Below, piece after piece: positions 5,277-12,616 of a DNA stretch of 15,600 bases. Both the position numbers and the translations under genes were made by a program. This DNA is from Candidatus Hadarchaeales archaeon. GTDB lineage: Archaea > Hadarchaeota > Hadarchaeia > Hadarchaeales > Hadarchaeaceae. Under the pieces are notes generated by a model. It ran no database searches and had not been told where the DNA came from. It worked only from the letters and a program-made list of their open reading frames with translations. The stretch is taken from positions 1 through 15,600 of the forward strand of contig JAWBCC010000007.1 in NCBI GenBank assembly GCA_038823825.1, read 5' to 3'. Numbering within the stretch: position 1 is the first letter of the stretch; each line of letters opens with the position of its first letter.

Positions 5277-8200
5277 TTATTTGATTAGGAAAAACTTGAA
5301 AATCGCGAAAATGGCGCCTCCAATGGCTATCACAACTCCCACGACCCAAAGTGGAAAACCTGAAGGAACCACTTCCACGCTCTCGCTGAGCCCGTCCACA
5401 TTCACGGTGTGTGTTCCACTCTCATCGATTGACAAAGTGAAAAACACACATACAGACTCCCCCGCTGGAATCTCCAGAATTTTCTCATCTTTCTCGACGT
5501 TGTCAACAGCAAGCTTTATTGTTGTCTGCCCGGTCTCGTCACCGACATTTTTAACCCAGACATAAACCTTGAACTTTTCGCCGGGTGAAACTCTTCTCTT
5601 GGAAAGGCTCATGTTCTCGATGACGAAGACGGCCGGAGACCTCACAGTCAGCAGCAAGTTCTCCGACCACATTTTGCCGCCTCCGCTTACCGTCAGGCGC
5701 AGAGTGTACGTTCCCGCTTGGGCATTCGACCCAACCGAAACCGTCAGAGTTGATGTAAACGATGGAACTCCGGAAGACTGAGAAAAGGAAGCAGAGGAAT
5801 CTTGAGGAAGACCGGTCACCGAAAGATACATCGGTAGTTTAATTCCCGAAAGATAACCAATGGTAATCGTGAACGTCACAGATTCGCCGCGAAGAACCGT
5901 CCTTGATCTCGGAGAGACCGAAAGAGATATCTGTGGCGGCTGAACATTACCGAGATAGAAAATGAATTTCCCGCTTTCCCTTCTGTTTCCCATGCGATCT
6001 ACTGCAACAACAAACCATTCGTAGAAATTTTCGCCCAGTGCCGTGTTGTAAGTTGTGGCCGTCACATTTTCCACATTTTGTCCATTTATCCAGACTTCAT
6101 AATGGGAGAGCCCAGAAATTTCGTCCGAGGTAGCCTGCCACTGAAGGATGGGTGACTCTGAGAGGTGCGAACCGTTCTCCGGCGAAATTAGAGAAAACTG
6201 AAGAGGTGGTGTGAAATCCGCTACAAAGGTTTTCACAAGGCCCATCACCACCTTCCCGCTGTTGTTGTCCATAGCGACTGCGCGGAATTCGTAGGTTGAA
6301 TTTTCCATGATCCCCGAGACTATCGCCGAGAACCATTCACGCCAGCTCATTGTCCGTTTAGTGGTCTGGCTCCAAGAACCGCCCGCCGGTCTCCATTCCA
6401 ACCAGACCACAGTTTCCTGGTTATCAAGATCTTCAAGAAAACCGGAAAGAAGAACCGAACCAGATTGAACAGCCAGAGGATTTCCTGTCGTTGAGATTAT
6501 GGGAACCGCCTGTCCGTAAAAGGCGAAACTCGAAACTGATGGTGAGTGTGTTACATTTTCCGAGCGCAATGAAAACGTTACTCTCACAAATCTCGTCTGG
6601 GGAAGAGAGAGCGGAATTTTCTCAACACCTCCACTTAGAGTTATCCATCCGGTATTTTCCGCTGCCGTGGACCCGTCAAGTGAAGTCTCTACAAGAATCT
6701 TTACTTCTTCTCCCTGCGCGATCTTCGAGGATACTTCGAGAAATTCTAAAGACGACGTTTGGCCAAGATCGATCCAGTTTGAGATCCACTGACCGGATGT
6801 TTTGACTTCAGACAGCCCAGAATATAAAATCTTTATCTCGCTTTCAGACAGAGGTCTCCCGAAAACCATCACTTCATCGATCAATCCGTCGAAGCCCTCA
6901 CCTCCTCCGGGTTGATTTCCAATTGTGAACGAATTGGTATTTGAATTCAACCTCCCGAAGGAAGCCGGAGCTTCCCCAAGTCGAACCGCGTTGTCTTTGT
7001 AAATTCTGATTTTGCTCCCATCCCAGACGGCCGCTATTAGACTCCACGAATTGTTTGGAAAGTTTTGATCGGGGACCTCAAGCGTGTACTTGTTTCCAGC
7101 AGAATCCCAGACCATAAACGCGGTTGTTCCCCTAGCGCTCTCATTCACTCTCAACAGATAAACAATGTCTTTTTTCACGATTTCTCCGTTGTGCGGCTTC
7201 GAGCGCGGATTTATCCAAGCAACTATCGAAAGCCCAGAGAGTCCTTCCAAGATATCTTTATCTCCGACCTCTACTCTCGCCGTCCCTCCGGGAAAATCTA
7301 AAGCTCCGCCGATCCGTCCAGTAACCCATGATGCGCCAATAACCGTCCCGTGATTGCCGTAGCCGCTAGAGTCGTAAGCGGTTGCCCCAGATCCTTCATC
7401 GAATTTCCACCATCCGATTGGATCGAGCTTTATCAATTCGATCCCACCATATTGTTTGATTAAGAGATTTCCAGAGGTTGATCCAATTGACCACTCCTCC
7501 TGCGTATCGACAGAAAGAAGACTCTCCCTTTCTCTTACTGGAGCTCTAGCCAATCCAACGTACATGTCCGCTGCGCCGTAGTAAAGATACCAAATATTAT
7601 CAACTCTGACGAGACCTTCAGCGAAAACGCAATCCACGACCTGACCTGTCCTTTCCCAAGAGAACTCTGGTCGCATGAATGGCTCCTCGCATCTCGCCAC
7701 AATTTTGGTCGGGTCTCTTAACGAAAAAATGACCCAGCCAACTCTCATCATTCCTCCCGAGCCGAGCGGAGCATCAAGCGAGTTGTAAAGGAGGAATATT
7801 CCATTTTGAAGAACGAACGGTGCTGGTCCGGGTTCTATTGTAAGAGCATCAAAATATCCCCCGCGCCTTCGCATAACGACACCCCCAAGTGTCCAGTCTG
7901 TCAAGTTTTCGGAAAAGGCGTAGTAGAGATCGCCACCTCCAGCTCCCGCCTCCAGATACATCCAATATTTTCCATTTATCTTCACGGGGACTATAGCGCC
8001 GGATTTTGTCCACAGGCTTGTGTCTCTGAACGCAAGTCCAACCTTTTCCCAATTTTCTAAATTAGCGGATCTGGCAAGGGCAAGCCTCGCTGTGGTCCCA
8101 TCATAAGCCGTATACGTCATCCAGAAAGTTTCACCGATCTTCACAATTCTTGGGTCTTCGCATCCTCCACCGAGCTCATACCATTCTGTTGGAGCTATTG

Positions 8201-8924
8201 CTGGATTCGGTCTACGCTGCCAGTTTATTCCATCTGTGCTTGTGGCCATGCCGATTACGGAAGGTCCTCCATGTGAAGCCTGCGCCCTATAAAACATGTA
8301 GAAAACTCCATTGTGATAGGCAACAGCGGGATTATATGCGGCATACCCATCAAACCCGCTCCCACTTGGCCCAAAAACCGGAGAATTTTCCTTTACCCAT
8401 TCGTTCTCGAAGAATGGGGGTTTCGACTCTGCCTTTTTCACCGGAATGTTTTCCCGCCGGTTTACCTTGAATCTCTCCGGAAATTCCCTGCTTGATCCAT
8501 CCACACCAACCCAGACGCTCCAATTTCCAGGAGATGCTTTCCTATCAAGTTTTACTCTAAATGTCCATAGACCGGTGGAAACAGAGGATTTTGACGGATC
8601 GATATATCCAAATCCTGGACCTACCTCGGAGAACCCTTCACCCGACCGCCATCTGAATGTGTAGTGCTCCTCCAAGGAATCCCGAGCTTCAGGAGAAACT
8701 CCAGCTTTGTATAACTTGAGCAGAACCTCACTCGCGTTACCCGAAATCTGAACGCCTACGGAAAACCACACTTCCGGATCTATGTTGTCAAGAATTATTA
8801 TCGCGGATATCTGTGGAGCTGATTGCGCAAAAACAGTTGCTTCCGAAGTTGAAGCGATAAGAGTAAAAGCAGCTAAGAAAAAGACGAGTATCCTCCCGGA
8901 CTTCAAATCCGTCATCGTCTTCAC
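5277..8924 (-). CDS. Secreted, C-terminally membrane-anchored GH130-family (DUF377, beta-mannoside phosphorylase/hydrolase fold) multidomain protein
   Basis: ORF of 1215 aa. The start is either GTG at 8924, overlapping the upstream stop by 4 nt, or ATG at 8915, which is preceded by GAGTGA.
Domains, by aa:
- Signal peptide ..LIASTSEATVFA/QS.
- 37-155: D1-like domain (EEHYTFRW..GYIDPSKSSV..WTFRVKL..NWSVWVGVD).
- 172-462: GH130 motifs (YNPAVAYHNGVFYMFYRAQ, GMATSTDGINW, GCEDPRIV, WMTYTAYDG, YYGAADMYVGLA).
- 503-702: LamG (WWKFDEGSGATAYDSSGYGNHG..FDGLIDEVMVFGRPLSESEI).
- About 705-1095: about four further beta-sandwich, Fn3-like or Ig-like domains.
- 1099-1186: CARDB.
- TM helix WVVGVVIAIGGAIFAIF plus KFFLIK tail. 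Confidence 0.9.
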   Translation of the reverse strand: MKTMTDLKSGRILVFFLAAFTLIASTSEATVFAQSAPQISAIIILDNIDPEVWFSVGVQISGNASEVLLKLYKAGVSPEARDSLEEHYTFRWRSGEGFSEVGPGFGYIDPSKSSVSTGLWTFRVKLDRKASPGNWSVWVGVDGSSREFPERFKVNRRENIPVKKAESKPPFFENEWVKENSPVFGPSGSGFDGYAAYNPAVAYHNGVFYMFYRAQASHGGPSVIGMATSTDGINWQRRPNPAIAPTEWYELGGGCEDPRIVKIGETFWMTYTAYDGTTARLALARSANLENWEKVGLAFRDTSLWTKSGAIVPVKINGKYWMYLEAGAGGGDLYYAFSENLTDWTLGGVVMRRRGGYFDALTIEPGPAPFVLQNGIFLLYNSLDAPLGSGGMMRVGWVIFSLRDPTKIVARCEEPFMRPEFSWERTGQVVDCVFAEGLVRVDNIWYLYYGAADMYVGLARAPVRERESLLSVDTQEEWSIGSTSGNLLIKQYGGIELIKLDPIGWWKFDEGSGATAYDSSGYGNHGTVIGASWVTGRIGGALDFPGGTARVEVGDKDILEGLSGLSIVAWINPRSKPHNGEIVKKDIVYLLRVNESARGTTAFMVWDSAGNKYTLEVPDQNFPNNSWSLIAAVWDGSKIRIYKDNAVRLGEAPASFGRLNSNTNSFTIGNQPGGGEGFDGLIDEVMVFGRPLSESEIKILYSGLSEVKTSGQWISNWIDLGQTSSLEFLEVSSKIAQGEEVKILVETSLDGSTAAENTGWITLSGGVEKIPLSLPQTRFVRVTFSLRSENVTHSPSVSSFAFYGQAVPIISTTGNPLAVQSGSVLLSGFLEDLDNQETVVWLEWRPAGGSWSQTTKRTMSWREWFSAIVSGIMENSTYEFRAVAMDNNSGKVVMGLVKTFVADFTPPLQFSLISPENGSHLSESPILQWQATSDEISGLSHYEVWINGQNVENVTATTYNTALGENFYEWFVVAVDRMGNRRESGKFIFYLGNVQPPQISLSVSPRSRTVLRGESVTFTITIGYLSGIKLPMYLSVTGLPQDSSASFSQSSGVPSFTSTLTVSVGSNAQAGTYTLRLTVSGGGKMWSENLLLTVRSPAVFVIENMSLSKRRVSPGEKFKVYVWVKNVGDETGQTTIKLAVDNVEKDEKILEIPAGESVCVFFTLSIDESGTHTVNVDGLSESVEVVPSGFPLWVVGVVIAIGGAIFAIFKFFLIK

Positions 8925-9469
8925 TCGATTATTTTAGTAATTCGCTTTATCTCTGGATCTGTGAAAACATCGTGCTCATCGGTGCTAGTTGTGGAAAACT
9001 CAGAAACCACAGCTCCCTTCGGTCCAGCCTGGAACCAGTGCAACGTGTTTGGCGGAATTGTATACTGATCGCCAGGCTTCAGCACTATCTCATGTCTGGC
9101 TGTGAAATACTTTTCTCTTCCCTTAGGAATCTTGGCATGAATCTTTGGAGAAGGCTCGCCCGGCACGTAAAGGTATACTTTGCCCCAGCGACATCTGAAG
9201 GTCTCCATTTTTCCTGGTCTCTCACCAACTGGCGGATGTCTGTGCTCCGGACAAGTCTGATGGGGAAATAGAATCAACTCTTTCGCGCAGTAATAATCGT
9301 TGTTCACATAAACAACAAGCTGGAGTCCTATCCTCTCGACATCATTGAGACCGAAATCTGCAACCTCCATTTTTTCCTTTTCTTCTTTTGTCAGAACGAT
9401 TCCCGCCTGTTTGAGAAGCCTCAGCGCCCGGTCCCTGTACCTTCTCCATTGTTCGCGAGTTATTGCCAA
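8921..9469 (-). CDS. Cupin-fold D-lyxose/D-mannose ketol-isomerase (YdaE-like family), cytoplasmic
   Basis: ORF of 182 aa with a TTG start and a GGGAGG Shine-Dalgarno 9 nt upstream. From memory, the motifs match the lyxose isomerase family: EVADFGL, GLQLVVYVNNDYYCAKELILFPHQTCPEHRHPP, ETFRCRWGKVYLYV, YTIPPNTLHWFQAGPKGAVVSEFSTTSTDEHDVFTDP. No signal peptide is present. The stop overlaps the next gene's start (GTGA). Confidence 0.8.
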   Translation of the reverse strand: MAITREQWRRYRDRALRLLKQAGIVLTKEEKEKMEVADFGLNDVERIGLQLVVYVNNDYYCAKELILFPHQTCPEHRHPPVGERPGKMETFRCRWGKVYLYVPGEPSPKIHAKIPKGREKYFTARHEIVLKPGDQYTIPPNTLHWFQAGPKGAVVSEFSTTSTDEHDVFTDPEIKRITKIIE

Positions 9470-9491
9470 CTATATCGCCTCCCTAACTTTT

Positions 9492-9518
9492 CACTCATTA
9501 TCAATTAAAGCTTTCCGG
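9492..9518 (-). promoter_or_regulatory. Weak candidate internal BRE/TATA promoter with a downstream AATGAGTG element, ahead of the isomerase gene
   Basis: The minus strand reads CCGGAAAGCTTTAATTGATAATGAGTG. It has the same CG(G/A)AAA plus AT-box layout as the other intergenic regions. The predicted transcription start would fall at the Shine-Dalgarno, so read-through from upstream is equally possible. Confidence 0.3.
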
Positions 9519-9545
9519 TAAATTCTGAATTCCTTAATAAGAAAC

Positions 9546-10391
9546 CTAATGAGCTTCTTCCTCCTCCATTATCGCCATCATGAAGTATCTATGGAGGAGA
9601 ACGTAGATAACCAGCAGAGGCAAAACGGTCAGAATCGCACCTGCCATAAATAGATTCCACTTGGCGAGTCCTCCCATCATTCCGAAGAGTCCTACAGTCA
9701 CGGGCATCGCCTGAGACTCTACTCCACCGAGAACAAGACCAAAGAGAAAGTCGTTCCAAATCGAAGTGAACTGATAAATCATCACGGAAATGATGGCTGG
9801 TTTAGACGCCGGTAGAATTACCTTTCTGTAGATTTCCCAGTCGCTCGCTTTTCTTTTCTTCAATTCCCTTATTTTTTTGTCTGGAATGTGCGTGTAGAAG
9901 TTTCTAAAGAGAAGTGTGCAGATCGGAATTCCGTAAACTGTGTGAACGAAAACCATGCCGGGAAGAGTATACGTGAGATTCAGTTCGCTCATCGTCCTGA
10001 AAAGGGGAAAGACAATCGTCGTGTAAGGTAGGAATGTTCCTGCGACCAAAACCATGAAGAGCAACTCCTTATACCTGAACTTCTGCTTGGAGAATACATA
10101 ACCCATCCAAGATCCTATGATTATAGAGCAGAGAACCGCACCTGTCGTGAAGACTAGACTGTTGAGTAGTGGTCTCCCGAGTTTTTCTATGGCTTCTCCG
10201 TAAGCTTCCAAGGTCGGACTCCGGGGTGGCGCGAGCGGATTTGTGGTCCCTATTTCCGCCCAAGGCTTCAAAGAAGTGACTAAAGCGACCCAAATTGGGA
10301 GAAGGAAAATGAAGGTTACCACTATCAGAATCGCGTATATCAAAAGTCTTTTCCAATTCTTTTTGATATAATTCAAAACTTTCGCGATCAT
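9546..10391 (-). CDS. Carbohydrate ABC transporter permease (CUT1, MalG-like)
   Basis: ORF of 281 aa with six predicted hydrophobic helices. The BPD_transp_1-type loop reads ..KASDWEIYRKVILPASKPAIISVMIYQFTSIWNDFLFGLVL. The ATG overlaps the upstream stop (ATGA). Confidence 0.9.
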   Translation of the reverse strand: MIAKVLNYIKKNWKRLLIYAILIVVTFIFLLPIWVALVTSLKPWAEIGTTNPLAPPRSPTLEAYGEAIEKLGRPLLNSLVFTTGAVLCSIIIGSWMGYVFSKQKFRYKELLFMVLVAGTFLPYTTIVFPLFRTMSELNLTYTLPGMVFVHTVYGIPICTLLFRNFYTHIPDKKIRELKKRKASDWEIYRKVILPASKPAIISVMIYQFTSIWNDFLFGLVLGGVESQAMPVTVGLFGMMGGLAKWNLFMAGAILTVLPLLVIYVLLHRYFMMAIMEEEEAH

Positions 10392-11242
10392 CTATGTCCC
10401 CTGTATGAGAACCAGACGTATGGGAGAACTATCGCCAAAACTATTCCGACGAGAATGTTACCAATCACTGCCCCGTAGGCGACGTTCATTTTCTGGTAAG
10501 CTTCCACATAAACCAAAATTGGGAGGGTGTAGTAAGAGCCTGGAGGATACCCCCGAGCCATCGTCCACAGGAGATCAAAGGATGCTTTGAGAACAAAAAC
10601 GAAGATGACCACCGCACAACTCAGCAGAGGTATTCTCAACCTTGGAAACTCGACTTTCCAGAATATCTGCCACCAGTTCATCCCTTTTTTCCTTGCATTT
10701 TCTATTTCTTTTCTCGGAACAGATTTGAGACCGGCCAGCAAGACCAACGCAGAGTAACCTGAGAACTGCCAGATTATCGGAATCAAAACTGAAGCGAGTA
10801 TTGCGGATGAGCTTATCCAGTCGCGAGCAAAGAAACCCAATCTTATCGACCTCAGAAGTGAGTTTATCGCACCATCCGGCTGAAACATCCAAGACCATAT
10901 GACCCCAGTCACAACGAGTGAGAATGCAAACGGAAGTAGGAAGATTATGGTGAATATTTTTATCCCCTTTACTCGCTGGTTGAGCAAAAATGCGAGAAAT
11001 AGTCCTGCGGCAAGACAAAGCGGAATTGCGGAGAAGAGAATGAACGTGTTGAGAAGAGATCTCCCGAAGAGATCGCTTTTTATTACGGCAGAGTAGTTGC
11101 TGAGACCCACAAAATTGTACGAGGGAATCGCTCCCTTCCAATCGGTGAAGGAAATCACAACGTTCCAAGTGACCATTCCGTAAACGAAGTAGGCTGCCAG
11201 AACAAAGAGAACCAACACGGTTAGGAGTGTTGTTCTCTCCAA
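10388..11242 (-). CDS. Carbohydrate ABC transporter permease (CUT1, MalF-like)
   Basis: ORF of 284 aa and polytopic. The conserved loop reads EIENARKKGMNWWQIFWKVEFPRLRIPLL. It has a TTG start with GGGAG 5 nt upstream, 13 nt after the binding-protein stop. Confidence 0.9.
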   Translation of the reverse strand: MERTTLLTVLVLFVLAAYFVYGMVTWNVVISFTDWKGAIPSYNFVGLSNYSAVIKSDLFGRSLLNTFILFSAIPLCLAAGLFLAFLLNQRVKGIKIFTIIFLLPFAFSLVVTGVIWSWMFQPDGAINSLLRSIRLGFFARDWISSSAILASVLIPIIWQFSGYSALVLLAGLKSVPRKEIENARKKGMNWWQIFWKVEFPRLRIPLLSCAVVIFVFVLKASFDLLWTMARGYPPGSYYTLPILVYVEAYQKMNVAYGAVIGNILVGIVLAIVLPYVWFSYRGHR

Positions 11243-11255
11243 GAATCTCCCTCTA

Positions 11256-12614
11256 TCAGACGATGTCCCACGATATCGTGTAGGTTCCGGAGCGTATCAG
11301 AGAAGCGATTGTTGATGCCGAAGCGCTCACATTCTGGAACTCCACAAACTCGCTTATCTTCGGGTGAAGGTCGTACAGGATTTCGTTCGGAATGGCTATC
11401 CCGTGAGTGAAGCTCGGATAAAACTTAGTCTGCGGATTCCTCAGAGCAGAAGCCGCGTTCCTCGCATAACTGTTGGTGTATATATTGTCTGGAACATCAC
11501 GATAGGGGGAAACCGAACCTTTGACCGGGTTGAAGCTTGATTGAACCTCTAATGTCGTGTAAGAATAAACCCACCTTAGACCTCCAATCACATTACCTTT
11601 CTTCGGAACAACAAAACCGTCAACCACTAGACCAAACAAGTTTTCCGTTCCTGGCGCCAAAAAGATGTCGTACTGAACTCCAAGCGTCCATCCTCTCTGC
11701 TCGAAGTAAGCGTTGGCCCAATCGCCATGCACGTACATCGCAACACGACCGTTAAAGAGCTGACCGCAAGCCTCCGCCCAATTTCTAGCACGGTGATCAT
11801 CTGGAACATAACTCAAATATCTTTTGAATAACTGGAGGATTGGCTCCAGCTCTTCCGCCGTAACCGTTCCGTTTATGAACTTCTCATAGGTTTGTAGGCT
11901 ATATCCAGCCATTATTGTTTCAAATATTTGGGTGGCAGCCCAGTCAGTCCCCATTCCGTCACCAACCTCTAGCGGATAGATGTTCAGACCTCTCTCTTGT
12001 GCCCTCTGCTTGATTAAGTCACATAGATTGAAGAATTCTTCCCAAGTTCTAGGTGGATTCGTCATATCTATTCCGAGTTGCTGTAGGAGTTGCTTGTTGT
12101 AGAAAACTACATTCGTTCTGTGTACCCCAACTGGAACCAAATAGTAATTCCCATCAAGCTTGCACATCTTCTCTACTATAGCCGGTACACGTTCGGCAAT
12201 GTTCGCATACTCCCACAGATCGTTAAGATTTCTCAGATAGTATCCTCCGTATCTAGCTGTTTCGTAGCCGGGATGAGACTGGAAGGAACCCGGAATGTTT
12301 GTCCCGGCCACAAGAGAGGGAAGAATCCTCGGCGGCATGTTTCCACCGGCGCCTCCGGGCACGGGGACGGGCGTGAGAGTCATGTTCGGATAAAGCTGTT
12401 CCATCTTGTTCTTAAGAACTCTAAAACCTTGTTCCTCGACATCTATTGTCCACCAGTGGGCTACGCTCACGTTTCCACTTGCCTGATAATTTTCCACAAT
12501 TTCTTGAACATTCTCAGTAACTTCTGCCGGTCCTTCACGTCTCGTCACGACCAAAACCAATCCAGCAATTACAAGAATACCTATGACCACTGCGAGTATT
12601 TGCGTTATCTTCAA
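11256..12614 (-). CDS. Extracellular sugar-binding protein of the ABC transporter (family 1 / CUT1) with an N-terminal membrane anchor
   Basis: ORF of 452 aa. The N-terminal helix is ILAVVIGILVIAGLVLVV, followed by a long soluble domain of SBP_bac_1 size and character. TTG is the only possible start, because an in-frame stop lies 9 codons upstream with no other start codon between. GGAGG lies 8 nt upstream. The gene sits directly upstream of the two permeases. Confidence 0.8.
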   Translation of the reverse strand: MKITQILAVVIGILVIAGLVLVVTRREGPAEVTENVQEIVENYQASGNVSVAHWWTIDVEEQGFRVLKNKMEQLYPNMTLTPVPVPGGAGGNMPPRILPSLVAGTNIPGSFQSHPGYETARYGGYYLRNLNDLWEYANIAERVPAIVEKMCKLDGNYYLVPVGVHRTNVVFYNKQLLQQLGIDMTNPPRTWEEFFNLCDLIKQRAQERGLNIYPLEVGDGMGTDWAATQIFETIMAGYSLQTYEKFINGTVTAEELEPILQLFKRYLSYVPDDHRARNWAEACGQLFNGRVAMYVHGDWANAYFEQRGWTLGVQYDIFLAPGTENLFGLVVDGFVVPKKGNVIGGLRWVYSYTTLEVQSSFNPVKGSVSPYRDVPDNIYTNSYARNAASALRNPQTKFYPSFTHGIAIPNEILYDLHPKISEFVEFQNVSASASTIASLIRSGTYTISWDIV

Positions 12615-12616
12615 GT

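Noticed and set aside
10575-11168. 197-aa minus-strand ORF inside the permease gene. Similar alternate-frame minus ORFs lie at 10069..10356, 141..380, 6097..6336, 7849..8052, 11627..11809 and 14566..14751
   Set aside because: These are alternate reading frames of genes whose main frame has strong family motifs. Their products are Arg/Ser/Cys-rich and not membrane-like. There is no evidence for overlapping genes.
9546-12614. The ABC transporter operon lacks an ATPase (MalK/MsmK-like) gene
   Set aside because: CUT1-family sugar importers commonly share an ATPase encoded elsewhere in the genome. The absence is noted but is not anomalous.
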